The notes under the pieces are model-generated. The model was given only the letters and a program-made list of their open reading frames with translations. It was not told the origin of the DNA and did not search any database. The position numbers and the translations under genes are program-made. A stretch of 64,000 nt of DNA from Candidatus Altimarinota bacterium (GTDB lineage: Bacteria; Patescibacteriota; Gracilibacteria; UBA4473): assembly GCA_020631075.1 (NCBI GenBank), contig JAHDHX010000001.1, forward strand, positions 11,283 through 75,282, read 5' to 3'. Positions 1 through 9,837 of this stretch are shown one piece after another; positions within the stretch are counted from its first letter, which is position 1; each line of letters opens with the position of its first letter.

Positions 1-1
1 G

Positions 2-907
2 AAGTCGCTTTTTGCCACGGCGCGGCCGATGATGACCCTGCCTGTGGGGGAACTGACGAACCCCTTTTTAACGTTGAATTCGAGTGGGTTTCCTTCGGCG
101 CATACAGCCACGGCCATGGCGCTGGTGTTGCCGCTGTGGCGACTCAACCCGTGGCTGGGGGGGGGATATGGGGTGTTGGCGGGGCTGATCTCTCTGGGGC
201 GGGTGTATCAACTGGTGCATAGTCCGATCGACATTGCGGGTGGGATGGTGCTGGGGCTGGGGGTGGGGGGGCTTTTCACCAACGGTTGGGTGAGTGCGAA
301 CGCAGGGCGACTGTGGCGTGAGCACCTAGAATGGCGGCGCCAGCTGGTGCACTGCTTGACGGGGCTGGGGGTGGTGTTTTTTCATGCGCAGGGGTGGCTG
401 AGCTGGGGGATGATCTTGGGGGTGCTGTTGCTGGGGGTGGGGTTTTCGGTGCTGCTACGCCGTGGGTGGTTGCCAGACTGGCACTGGGTGGTGGAGCCGT
501 TTGACCGTGTGCGGGACGACCACCCAGGACGAGGGGCCATCCTCTATGCGGTGGGGGTGGTGCTGGCGATGGGGCTCTTCCCCACGGTGGTGGCGTATGT
601 GGCGATCTTGACGCTGGCGATCGGGGACAGTGTCTGTCACTTGGGGGCGGTGGTGCGCCCTGAAGGGCGGAAGTTGCCCTGGCACCCGAGGCGGACGTGG
701 CTGGGGTTGTTGATCGGGTGGGGGTTTAGCGTGGTGGCGTGTGTGGGGTTTGTGCCGTGGTGGGTGGCGGTGGTCGCCACGGGGGTGGGGGTGGTGGCGG
801 AGAGTGTGCCGTGGCGAGTCGGTGGGCTGTATTTAGATGATAATGTGGTGGTGCCGCTGGTCACGGGCGGGGTGTGCTGGTGGTTGATGAGCGGGTTATG
901 GAGCTGA
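2..907 (+). CDS. PAP2-family phosphatase fused to a CTP-dependent polyprenol (dolichol/phytol) kinase-like membrane domain; 5' end lies outside the window
   Basis: The frame is open from nt 2 and reads KSLFATARP (PAP2 motif KxxxxxxRP), then FPSAH and GRVYQLVHSPIDI (PAP2 motifs 2 and 3). The C-terminal half has RRQLVH, LAIGD, RTWLG and DDNVVVPL, typical of the dolichol/phytol kinase (cytidylyltransferase-like) family. Confidence 0.75.
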   Translation, partial: KSLFATARPMMTLPVGELTNPFLTLNSSGFPSAHTATAMALVLPLWRLNPWLGGGYGVLAGLISLGRVYQLVHSPIDIAGGMVLGLGVGGLFTNGWVSANAGRLWREHLEWRRQLVHCLTGLGVVFFHAQGWLSWGMILGVLLLGVGFSVLLRRGWLPDWHWVVEPFDRVRDDHPGRGAILYAVGVVLAMGLFPTVVAYVAILTLAIGDSVCHLGAVVRPEGRKLPWHPRRTWLGLLIGWGFSVVACVGFVPWWVAVVATGVGVVAESVPWRVGGLYLDDNVVVPLVTGGVCWWLMSGLWS

Positions 908-2719
908 GTTGGGCTTGTACTCCACGATGATGCGGTAGTCGTTGTCAACCATGGGCTGGGGGAGGCCGAGGTTTTGGCTCTGGGCCTGGACGGTGGCGGA
1001 CTGGGCGTCGGCGCTGATGGTGGGGAGGTAGGTGAGCTGGCGGCCGATGGGCGTGCCGATGACTTGCAGGTGGTAGGGCCGCCAGTCAGACGAGCCGCGT
1101 TGCAGGGGGGTTTCGTACTCTAGGGTAAGGTCGATGTTTTCGCCTGGTTTCATGAAGAGGGGGACTTCCCACACGGTCCACAGGGCGTCGGGGGTGAGGC
1201 TGCTGGTGATGGGGCCAGAGGGGCTGGAGCCACTGATGAGCTGGGCCCCAGCGGGGACGTGCACGCGCATGACGACGCGGTTTTGCCCTAGGCCCAGCAC
1301 CCAGTCGCCCTGCGTGTCGGCGAGGGCCTGCAGGGTGGGGGGCCAGTCTGCCACCCCGAGGAGCTGGTCGAGCTCGCGGTCGCGGAGGGCGTGGGTGCGG
1401 GTGATCTGCAAAAGGTTGCGGACGCGGCCGTCGCGTTTGATTTCTGAGTCGTGGTGGAGGCGTGTCCACATGAAGCGGTCGGATTTATTGGCGCCGATGG
1501 AAACCAAGTCAACGTAGAGAGCGTTGTCGGCGGTGGGGCGGTGGCGGAGCTCACCACTCAGTCCCCAGTGGGCCCAGCGTTGCTGGAGTTTGGTGTTTTG
1601 ACTATGGGCGAGGAAGTTTTTTTGGGCTATGTATTCTGCGGGGTCAAACCCAGTGGCGGCCCAAGCAGCGGGGAGGTCGTCTATTTCTTTGAGCTGGGTG
1701 ATGAGCTGGGTGATGAGGGCCAAAACGGGGTCTTTGGCACTGTAGCGGCCAGCGGCTTTGGACTCGACGAGGAAGCTGAGGATGAGGTCGGCGTTGAGCT
1801 CGGTGAGCTGGATGTCGTAGGGGGGAAGCGACACAGGCCCCGTGAGGCGGATGAGCTGCGTGAGGAGGCTGAGGTTGACGGCGAGGACAGTGTCGGGCTC
1901 TGGCTGGTCGATGGCGCGGAAAAAGTGCCGATAGGTGTCGGCGACGGTGGGAAAGTGGGGGGAGAAGTTTGCGTCGCGGAGAGAGAGAGTCTGGTCGAGG
2001 GGAGTGAAGTAGTCCGGCACGGGGAGTCGGGCGCTGTCTGGGACGAGGCGGTCGAGGGAGTAAATGTCACGGAACTGGTAGCTGAGGCCGTCTTGGTCGA
2101 AATCAAGGATTAGGACGCTGCCGCTGAAGCCGCCAGAGGGGCGGACTTCGTTGTGGTTTTGCAGCAAGATGAGCACGCGGTGGGGTTGGCGGAGGAAGGT
2201 GTGGAGGACTTCGCGGAGGTGGGTGAGGGCGGTGGCGGTCTGTCGAAAGTCGCCCCGCAGGGCGGAGAGCTGGGCGGGGTCACGGTCGGTGGCACGGTCA
2301 AGCGCCCAGGTGGGGACGCTGTCGGCGAGCTGGCTGAGAGACTGCAGCTGGTGGGTGATGGTGTGGAGGTGTGTGAGCCCTGCGTCCAGCGTGCTGCGGG
2401 GGATGGTCTGGCCGTCGGCTGCGAGGGGCAGGGTGGTGAGGCCTTGCAAAGACTGGGCAGCGGCGGTGAGTTGGCTCATGGCGCTGGCGCCTTGGCGGAG
2501 CTGCCGAAAGGGAGGAAACCAAGGGAGGTCTCTGGCGGCGGCTTGGACGTCGGCCCACTGCTGCGGGTCAGTGCCAGCGGTGCGGGCGAGGTCCGCCACG
2601 ACGAGGGCCTGTGCCCGCCAGCGGGGCACAGACACGGTGGTCAACCGCCAGCCGAGCAACAGCAAGCAGCAGAGGAGTAAGCCCAGGCCGAGCAACCGAA
2701 ACAGGCGGGGGGTGGCCAT
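896..2719 (-). CDS. DUF4012-domain membrane-anchored protein
   Basis: N-terminal TM helix; LLQNHNEVRPSGGF, LRDANFSPHFP and ANKSD motifs typical of DUF4012 proteins. Confidence 0.8.
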   Translation of the reverse strand: MATPRLFRLLGLGLLLCCLLLLGWRLTTVSVPRWRAQALVVADLARTAGTDPQQWADVQAAARDLPWFPPFRQLRQGASAMSQLTAAAQSLQGLTTLPLAADGQTIPRSTLDAGLTHLHTITHQLQSLSQLADSVPTWALDRATDRDPAQLSALRGDFRQTATALTHLREVLHTFLRQPHRVLILLQNHNEVRPSGGFSGSVLILDFDQDGLSYQFRDIYSLDRLVPDSARLPVPDYFTPLDQTLSLRDANFSPHFPTVADTYRHFFRAIDQPEPDTVLAVNLSLLTQLIRLTGPVSLPPYDIQLTELNADLILSFLVESKAAGRYSAKDPVLALITQLITQLKEIDDLPAAWAATGFDPAEYIAQKNFLAHSQNTKLQQRWAHWGLSGELRHRPTADNALYVDLVSIGANKSDRFMWTRLHHDSEIKRDGRVRNLLQITRTHALRDRELDQLLGVADWPPTLQALADTQGDWVLGLGQNRVVMRVHVPAGAQLISGSSPSGPITSSLTPDALWTVWEVPLFMKPGENIDLTLEYETPLQRGSSDWRPYHLQVIGTPIGRQLTYLPTISADAQSATVQAQSQNLGLPQPMVDNDYRIIVEYKPNSAP

Positions 2720-2722
2720 CGG

Positions 2723-4042
2723 TCAGGAGTTTAGCGGATTGGGGGTGAGGGCACCAGCGAGACTAAACAGGGTGAGGGTGATGAACGGATAGAGGAGTGA
2801 GTTGACGAACTGGCTGTGCACGAGCAGGGACAGCAGGCCGCAGCTCAACCCGAGGCTGACGCTGGACTGGCGAGAGAGATAGCCCACGAAAGCCCCCCAC
2901 CAGAGCCGCCACAGCAGCCACAAGAAGACACTGAGGCCGAGGAGGCCCGTGGTGACAAAGACCGTCAAAAGAGTGGAGTCTGACCCACCAGAAGAAAAGT
3001 AGTTGCCGTCGACGATGCCTGCGTCGGCGGCGTGGTAACGGTAGGAGTTATAGCCCACGCCGAGGAGAGGGCGCTGGGCCCCGAGCCGTAACGAACGGCG
3101 CCAGCTCTGTAAACGCAGTGAAGCGGTGGGGTCGATTTCGTCGGTGTCGCGGAGGATGAGGGCCTTGACGGTGCCACTGAGCTGCAAGAGTCGTTGCTGA
3201 ACGCGAGGGGTGGCGGTGATGGCGAGGCTGACGATGAGGGCGCCGATGAAGAGCATCCGACGGTCACGCACAAGGAAAAACACGGCCAGCCCGACGAGGG
3301 CGGCGAGGTAGCCACTGCGGGAGTAGGTCAAAAACAGACAAAGGGCCCCGAGCCCGAGCAAGGCAGGCAAGAAGAGCACCAAGCGGGGGAGCTGGTGAGG
3401 GACTTTGGTTGTATGGAGGTGGAGAGAGTCGTACCACCAGCCGCACCACACAGGCAGGAGCAGCCCGATGAAGCCACCGATGAAGTTGGGGTCCATCCAT
3501 GTGCCGAGGAGGCGGCCGATGTGGGGATCCCACTGGCCTTCCTTGGAAATAGCGGAGAGGTCGGGGTAGAGGTAGAACTGGATGACGCCCCCAAGGAGGA
3601 CGAGCCCCGCGATGAGACTGAGGCCACGGAGGAAGCGCTGGGGGCCGTATGGCGGGCGGGCAAATAGGTCGTAGGAAAACAGCGCAAAGCCCGTAAAGTA
3701 GAGCAGTCGCACCACGAAAAACCAAGACAGGGCGAGTGTGGAGGGGGTGAGGACGTCACCCGCGCGCAGAAACAGGCTGGCGGTGCCCAGCAAGCAGAAG
3801 AGCAGCACTGGGGCGACCAGCGGGAGGCTGGGCCACTGACGGTGAAAAGAGAAACGATAGAGCCCCCACAGGCCCAGCACGACTGGGGCGTAGAGGTCAA
3901 CCAACAGCACCCCTGCGCCCCCGACGGGCAGGCGCAGGAGCATCCCTGGGACGAGCAGAAACAGACACGACCAATAGAGCCCCCTGAGCCACCCCGGGAG
4001 TGGGAGCTGCGCAAGGCTGGGGGAGGGGGTGAGAGTGGGCAT
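2723..4042 (-). CDS. O-antigen ligase (Wzy_C/WaaL) family protein
   Basis: Polytopic membrane protein with RLLGTWMDPN, LTYSRSGY, RLQSW and PLLGVGY motifs. Confidence 0.85.
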   Translation of the reverse strand: MPTLTPSPSLAQLPLPGWLRGLYWSCLFLLVPGMLLRLPVGGAGVLLVDLYAPVVLGLWGLYRFSFHRQWPSLPLVAPVLLFCLLGTASLFLRAGDVLTPSTLALSWFFVVRLLYFTGFALFSYDLFARPPYGPQRFLRGLSLIAGLVLLGGVIQFYLYPDLSAISKEGQWDPHIGRLLGTWMDPNFIGGFIGLLLPVWCGWWYDSLHLHTTKVPHQLPRLVLFLPALLGLGALCLFLTYSRSGYLAALVGLAVFFLVRDRRMLFIGALIVSLAITATPRVQQRLLQLSGTVKALILRDTDEIDPTASLRLQSWRRSLRLGAQRPLLGVGYNSYRYHAADAGIVDGNYFSSGGSDSTLLTVFVTTGLLGLSVFLWLLWRLWWGAFVGYLSRQSSVSLGLSCGLLSLLVHSQFVNSLLYPFITLTLFSLAGALTPNPLNS

Positions 4043-4051
4043 GGGGGAGCT

Positions 4052-5512
4052 TTAGGCGGGGGTGTCGAGGCGGGCGTAGAGGATCTGTGACGGGGTGACG
4101 GTGGGTTGGTCTGGCTGGAGGATGCTGTGCATTGTCTGGTGCGCTTCGGGGAGGAGGGGAGCGGCGAGCTCGGTGATGACGGTCAAGTAGTGTAGCTGGA
4201 CGGTGAAGATGTCTTTGGTGGCTTCGGGGTCAACTTTGAAGGCTTTCCACGGTTCGGTGTCATTGAGGTGCTGGTTGGCGGTGTCGACAACGGCAAAAAG
4301 CGTGTCGATGGCGGTTTTGAGTTTGTAGTCTGTGAAGGCGCGGTGGTAAGTGGCTTTGAGGGTGTCGGTGTGGGATTTTACCTCCGCGGGGAGGTCAGTG
4401 GTGGGCTTAACGCCGTCGTAGTATTTATTCACCAAGGTGATGACGCGGTGGAAGAGGTTGCCGATGCCGCCAGCGAGTTTGGTCTGGTAGAGCTGGTGAA
4501 AGGTCTGCTGTGAGAAGTCGCCGTCGTTGCCGAACTCAAAAGCCGAGAGGAGCCCGACCCGTACGGCGTCGTTGCCGTACTTTTCTGACAAGGTGAGCGG
4601 TTCGATGACGTTGCCGAGAGATTTGCTCATCTTGGTCCCGTCGACGGTGAAAAAGCCGTGCCCGAAAACCAGCTGCGGTACAGGCAGGCCAGCGCTGAGC
4701 AACAAGGCTGGCCAGATGACGGCGTGGAAGCGGGTGATGTCTTTGCCCATGAGGTGTATGGCGCTGGGCCAAAAGTGCTCGTGCGGGGTGTCGGCGATGG
4801 CGGAGTAATAGTTGATGAGGGCTTCGGTCCAGACGTAGACTTTGTGTGACTCGTCCCACGGGCAACTGATGCCGATCTGGGCGCCTTCGCGGCTGATAGA
4901 AATGTCTTCGAGGCCTGCCCGCACGAAAGCGAGCAGCTCGTTTTTGCGACTTTCGGGTTGGATGAGCCCGCCCTCCAGTAAGGCGATGATCTGGTCGCTG
5001 TATTTGCTGAGGCGGAAGAAGTAGTTTTGCTCTTTGATCTGCTGGGGGGGGCGCTGGTGGTGGGGGCAGTGGCCGTGTTCGTCGAGCTCATTTTCCTTGA
5101 GGAATGATTCGCAGCCCGTGCAGTACAGCCCGACGTATTCGCCAGCGTAGATGTCGCCTTGGTCGTACATTTTTTGCAACAAGGCTCGAGCGTGGTGGTG
5201 GTGGCGGGGCTCGGTGGTGCGGATGAAGTCGTCGTAGGCGATGCCGAGGGTGTCCCAGCAGTCACGGAAGCGTTGGGCCATCTGGTTGAGGTAGGGGCCG
5301 ACGGCGAGGCCAGCGGCGGCAGCGGCGTCGATGGTTTTTTGGGAGTTTTCGTCTGTGCCAGTCAGGAAGCGAACGTTGTCTGGGCCGAGCTGGGCCCGCC
5401 AGTAGCGGGCGAGGGTGTCCGCGGCCAAGGTGGTGTAGGCGGTACCAATGTGCGCGTCGCCGTTGACGTAGTAGATAGGGGTGGTGAAGTATTTGGTCTG
5501 GGGGGAGGTCAT
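4052..5512 (-). CDS. metG: Methionine--tRNA ligase (short form, no C-terminal tRNA-binding domain)
   Basis: TTPIYYVN..HIG (HIGH-like), GTDEN, Zn knuckle CxxC...CxxH, GKDI, KMSKS. Confidence 0.97.
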   Translation of the reverse strand: MTSPQTKYFTTPIYYVNGDAHIGTAYTTLAADTLARYWRAQLGPDNVRFLTGTDENSQKTIDAAAAAGLAVGPYLNQMAQRFRDCWDTLGIAYDDFIRTTEPRHHHHARALLQKMYDQGDIYAGEYVGLYCTGCESFLKENELDEHGHCPHHQRPPQQIKEQNYFFRLSKYSDQIIALLEGGLIQPESRKNELLAFVRAGLEDISISREGAQIGISCPWDESHKVYVWTEALINYYSAIADTPHEHFWPSAIHLMGKDITRFHAVIWPALLLSAGLPVPQLVFGHGFFTVDGTKMSKSLGNVIEPLTLSEKYGNDAVRVGLLSAFEFGNDGDFSQQTFHQLYQTKLAGGIGNLFHRVITLVNKYYDGVKPTTDLPAEVKSHTDTLKATYHRAFTDYKLKTAIDTLFAVVDTANQHLNDTEPWKAFKVDPEATKDIFTVQLHYLTVITELAAPLLPEAHQTMHSILQPDQPTVTPSQILYARLDTPA

Positions 5513-5541
5513 AGCGGTGGGACGAGGGGGGAACGAGTGAT

Positions 5542-6915
5542 TTATACGCGAGATGCAGTGGGGCGTCTATGCCGGTGGTGCCAGACACCCGCAAAGAGCA
5601 GGCATGAGGTGACATTGGTGATGACGTTGCCGATGGCCAGCCCCAGCACGGCCGTGGCGGGGGGCAGCACCCGCAGGGCCAGCACGGCGGCGATGAGGGT
5701 GGCGAGGGTGAGGCTGAAGATATTGATCATCAGGGGGGTGCGGGTGTCGTCATTGGCTAAGAAAGCGCGTGAAAGTGAAGGGATGGCGCAGGCGCAGGGG
5801 AGCGACAGGACGGTCCAGAAGAAGACGATCTGGGTGAGGGTACTGACCTCGGGGCTGAGGGCGGGGAAGATGAGCCCCACTAGCGGGCCCGAAAACAGGG
5901 CACAGAGCAGGGCGATCGGGACTGTCAGCACAAAGACGACTCCCACGGCGCGCCAGAGGGCGCTCGACTGGGCGTGTGGTTGGCCGCGGAGGTGCGTCAA
6001 CCGTGGGAAGAGGGCCTGCGCGATGGAGTAGCCGACGATGCTCATAAGCATATGGCCGAGGGTGCTGCCGAGCTGAAAGGCGGTGACAGACCCCGCCACC
6101 AGAGCCCCTGCGATGATGAGGTCGATGGTTTGGTTGACCTGAAAGCAGCTGGAGTTGGCCACGCGGCGCCAAAAGTCGGGCCAAAATTGCCGCCAGAGGT
6201 GCGAGGGCTGGGCCCACTGCCAACGGAGGCTGAGGCGGGTGCGCTGGGCGGCGAAGAGGTTGACCCCGAGGTGGCACAGTGCCCCTGCCAGCGCTCCCCA
6301 GCCGATGGTGCGTAGGCCCCACTGGTCACCGAAGATGGCCAGCCACAGGCAGATGCCCCCCGTGTAGAGCAACGGCGCGAGGGCGAGCGACCAAAACTGT
6401 TGACGGTGCTGCAGCCACGCCGCACACACGGACGACAAGGCAAGCAGAAAGGTCGACCCAAACAGGAGTTGGCTGAGGTGGGTGATAGGGGGGTGCAGAG
6501 AGCTGGATATGCCAGCGGCGAAGAGTTGGGTGAGCCACGGGGCTGCGAGGGCACAAAGCACGCTGGTGCTGCCGAACAGGACGAGGGTACCCCAAAAAAA
6601 ACTCTGAAAGAAGGGTTGCTCGTGCTGGGGGCCGCCTGCGGCGAGGCGGGGGAGCATGAGCGTGGCGATGGTGCCGCTGATCAGCAGGTAAAAGAAAAAG
6701 TCGGGGATGCGGAAGGCGACGTAGATGAGGTCGGTGATGCCACTGTCGGGGAAGGTGGCGGCGAAGAGGTTGTCGCGGATGAGGCCGAGGACTTTGGCGG
6801 CGAGGGCGGAGACCGCCAATAGCACGGCCGGTGACTGGGCCAGCTGCCAGCCGAGACGCCACACGTCCCCCCACTGTCGAGCCGACAGGGCACGCAGCCA
6901 AGCGTGGAGGAGCAT
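5542..6915 (-). CDS. murJ: Lipid II flippase MurJ/MviN family
   Basis: KVLGLIRD, AFRIPDFF, ALFPRL and RAFLANDDTRTP motifs; about 12-13 TM helices. Confidence 0.88.
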   Translation of the reverse strand: MLLHAWLRALSARQWGDVWRLGWQLAQSPAVLLAVSALAAKVLGLIRDNLFAATFPDSGITDLIYVAFRIPDFFFYLLISGTIATLMLPRLAAGGPQHEQPFFQSFFWGTLVLFGSTSVLCALAAPWLTQLFAAGISSSLHPPITHLSQLLFGSTFLLALSSVCAAWLQHRQQFWSLALAPLLYTGGICLWLAIFGDQWGLRTIGWGALAGALCHLGVNLFAAQRTRLSLRWQWAQPSHLWRQFWPDFWRRVANSSCFQVNQTIDLIIAGALVAGSVTAFQLGSTLGHMLMSIVGYSIAQALFPRLTHLRGQPHAQSSALWRAVGVVFVLTVPIALLCALFSGPLVGLIFPALSPEVSTLTQIVFFWTVLSLPCACAIPSLSRAFLANDDTRTPLMINIFSLTLATLIAAVLALRVLPPATAVLGLAIGNVITNVTSCLLFAGVWHHRHRRPTASRV

Positions 6916-6930
6916 AGGGCGGGGGGTGGT

Positions 6931-9603
6931 TTAGCGAAGGGCGGCCTGGGCGGCGGCGATGCGAGCGATGGGCACCCGAAACGGGGAACAGCTGACGTAG
7001 CGGAGGCCTTGGCGTTGGAAAAATTCGATCGAGGTGGGGTCGCCACCGTGCTCACCACAGACGCCGATTTTGAGCTTTGGGTTGGTGGCTTGGCCTTTTT
7101 GTACGGCGAGCTCGACCAACTGGCCGACGCCGCTCTGGTCGAGGCTGACGAAGGGGTCGCGCTCGATGATGCCTTGGCTCTGGTAGGCGGGCAGAAAGCG
7201 GCCAGCGTCGTCCCGCGAGAGGCCGAGGGTGGTTTGGGTGAGGTCGTTGGTGCCGAAAGAGAAGAAGTCAGCGTGGTGGGCGATCTCGTCGGCGGTGAGG
7301 CAGGCACGGGGGAGTTCGATCATGGTGCCGATGAGGTACTCGATCGTTTGGCCCTTGGAGTCAAAGACGGCTTGGGCGGCGTCGGTGATGAGCTGACGCT
7401 GGAGGGCGAGCTCATGCCCGTGGCCGACGAGGGGCACCATGATTTCTGGTTTGACGGTCAGGCCCTGGGCCTGGCAGTGAAGGGCCGCCTGCATGAGGGC
7501 GGTGACCTGCATGGTGGTGATCTCTGGGTAAAGCACGCCAAGGCGACAGCCGCGGAGGCCGAGCATGGGGTTGGATTCGTGGAGGGCGTGGATGCGGTCA
7601 CGCACGGCGTCGAGACTGAGGCCGAGGGCTTGGGCGACGAGCTTCATTTCGGCTTCTTGCTGGGGGAGGAACTCGTGCAATGGCGGGTCGAGCAAGCGCA
7701 CGGTGACGGGGAGGCCGTCCATGGCGGTGAAGATGCCTTCGAAGTCGGATTGCTGGTAGGGAAGAAGGAGGTCGAGGGCTTGCTGGCGTTCGGTGAGGGT
7801 GTCGGCCAAGATCATGGCGCGGACGTGGGTGATGCGGTCACCGTCAAAGAACATGTGTTCGGTTCGGCAGAGTCCGATGCCCTCGGCGCCGAAGTCGCGG
7901 GCGGTCTGGGCGTCGGTGGGGGTGTCGGCGTTGGTGCGGACACGCAGGGTGCGGGTGTCGTCGGCCCATTGCAGGACGGTCATAAGGTCGTCGTCGAGCT
8001 GGGCGGGGATGGTGGCGACTTTGTCGGCGAGGATCTCGCCCGTGGAGCCATTAAGTGACAGCCAGTCGCCTTTGCGCAGGGTGTGGAGAGTGCCGTCCTT
8101 GGTGGTGAGGGTGCAGCGTTGCTCGGCGTAGTCGATGCTGAGCTCGGTGCAGCCTGACACGCAGCACTTCCCCATGCCACGGGCGACCACGGCGGCGTGG
8201 GAGGTCATCCCGCCGCGAGCGGTCAGCACTCCAGCGGCGGCGTGCATCCCGCTGATGTCTTCAGGCGACGTCTCGACCCGAACTAAGATAGTGGGGTGGC
8301 CGGCCTCATGGAGGCTGACAGCTTCGGTGGAGTCAAAGCAGATCTGCCCGACGGCGGCCCCTGGTGAAGCGGGGAGGCCCTGGCCCAGCACGGTGACACT
8401 GGCGCTGGGGTCAAATGTCGGGTGGAGGAGTTCGTTGACTTTATGGGGGTCGAGCCGCAGCAGGGCGGTGCGCTGGTCGATGAGGCCTTCGGAGACCATG
8501 TCGACGGCGATCTTGACCATGGCTTTGGCGGTGCGCTTGCCCGTGCGGGTTTGCAGGAGGTAGAGCTGGCCGTCCTCAATGGTGAACTCGATGTCTTGCA
8601 TATCGGTGTAATGCGTTTCGAGTTTTTGCTGGATGGTGTCGAGCTGGGCGTAGACCTCGGGCAGGGCTGACTCAAGAGTCTGAGTGGCGCTGGGGTCGGC
8701 TTGGGTGTTTATGGCTTGGGGGGTGCGGATGCCAGCGACGACGTCTTCGCCCTGGGCGTTGAGGAGGTACTCACCAAAGAAGACTTTTTCCCCAGTGGAA
8801 GGGTGGCGCGTGAAGGCGACCCCAGTGCCAGAGGTCTGGCCGCGGTTGCCGAAGACCATTGTTTGGATGTTGACGGCGGTGCCGTGGAGGCCGTGCATAT
8901 CATTAATCTGGCGGTAGGCGATGGCGCGGGGGTTATTCCATGAGCCGAAGACGGCGTCGGTCGCGGCCCAGAGCTGGGCCATGGGGTCCTGCGGGAAGGT
9001 GTGGCCGTGACGGTTAATGACTTCCTTATAATGACGAATAACAGTTTGCAGTTGCTCGACGGTGAGGTCGGTGTCTTGGGTGACGTTGTGGGCGGTCTTG
9101 ACGGCGTCGAGTTCGTGCTCGAAATCATGATGGGGGATGTCGAGGACCACATTTCCAAACATCTGCAGCAGGCGGCGGTAGGCGTCGAACGCGAAGCGGG
9201 GGTTTTGGGTTTTTTCGCCCAAGGCGACTACGGTTTCGTCGTTGAGGCCAAGATTCAGCACGGTGTCCATCATCCCGGGCATGGACAGCGCCGCGCCAGA
9301 GCGCACAGACACCAGCAAGGGGTCAGGGCCAGTGCCGAAGGTCTTGCCCGTGGTGGCTTGTAGCTCGGTCAGGTGGGTGAGGATTTCGGATTTGAGGGTG
9401 GGCCAGAGGGTTTCTTGGTGCTCCTTATAGTATGCACGGCAGGCCTCGGTGGTGATGGTGAACCCTGGGGGGACGGGGAGGCCGAGCTGGGCCATTTCGG
9501 CGAGGTTGGCGCCTTTGCCCCCAAGGAGAGGTTTGAGCTGGGCAGAGCCTTCGGCGTTTTGGGCGCTGAAGAAGTAGACATATTTCGGAGAACTGTCAGT
9601 CAT
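6931..9603 (-). CDS. ppdK: Pyruvate, phosphate dikinase
   Basis: LLGGKGANLAEM, SVRSGA, GGMTSHAAVVAR (phospho-His), GIGLCRTEHM, FSFGTNDLTQ, VCGEHGG; 890 aa. Confidence 0.98.
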   Translation of the reverse strand: MTDSSPKYVYFFSAQNAEGSAQLKPLLGGKGANLAEMAQLGLPVPPGFTITTEACRAYYKEHQETLWPTLKSEILTHLTELQATTGKTFGTGPDPLLVSVRSGAALSMPGMMDTVLNLGLNDETVVALGEKTQNPRFAFDAYRRLLQMFGNVVLDIPHHDFEHELDAVKTAHNVTQDTDLTVEQLQTVIRHYKEVINRHGHTFPQDPMAQLWAATDAVFGSWNNPRAIAYRQINDMHGLHGTAVNIQTMVFGNRGQTSGTGVAFTRHPSTGEKVFFGEYLLNAQGEDVVAGIRTPQAINTQADPSATQTLESALPEVYAQLDTIQQKLETHYTDMQDIEFTIEDGQLYLLQTRTGKRTAKAMVKIAVDMVSEGLIDQRTALLRLDPHKVNELLHPTFDPSASVTVLGQGLPASPGAAVGQICFDSTEAVSLHEAGHPTILVRVETSPEDISGMHAAAGVLTARGGMTSHAAVVARGMGKCCVSGCTELSIDYAEQRCTLTTKDGTLHTLRKGDWLSLNGSTGEILADKVATIPAQLDDDLMTVLQWADDTRTLRVRTNADTPTDAQTARDFGAEGIGLCRTEHMFFDGDRITHVRAMILADTLTERQQALDLLLPYQQSDFEGIFTAMDGLPVTVRLLDPPLHEFLPQQEAEMKLVAQALGLSLDAVRDRIHALHESNPMLGLRGCRLGVLYPEITTMQVTALMQAALHCQAQGLTVKPEIMVPLVGHGHELALQRQLITDAAQAVFDSKGQTIEYLIGTMIELPRACLTADEIAHHADFFSFGTNDLTQTTLGLSRDDAGRFLPAYQSQGIIERDPFVSLDQSGVGQLVELAVQKGQATNPKLKIGVCGEHGGDPTSIEFFQRQGLRYVSCSPFRVPIARIAAAQAALR

Positions 9604-9837
9604 GGATTACACAAAAGAGAGAAGAGAAGGGGAAATCGGGGAGAATGTAAGCAGAGAGAGGCAGGAGGGCAACAGTTTCAACAAATGATAAACAAAGATA
9701 GCCACGGATGTGGCTGAGTGTGAGTAGGTGAAATGGGGGCTTTTGTTAGAAAATGCTTGACGTGTGGCGGTGGGCTATCATCATGCTGCATGAAAAAGTG
9801 TTTTTCATTAATACCTCATTTCTTATCTCTCCTCAGT

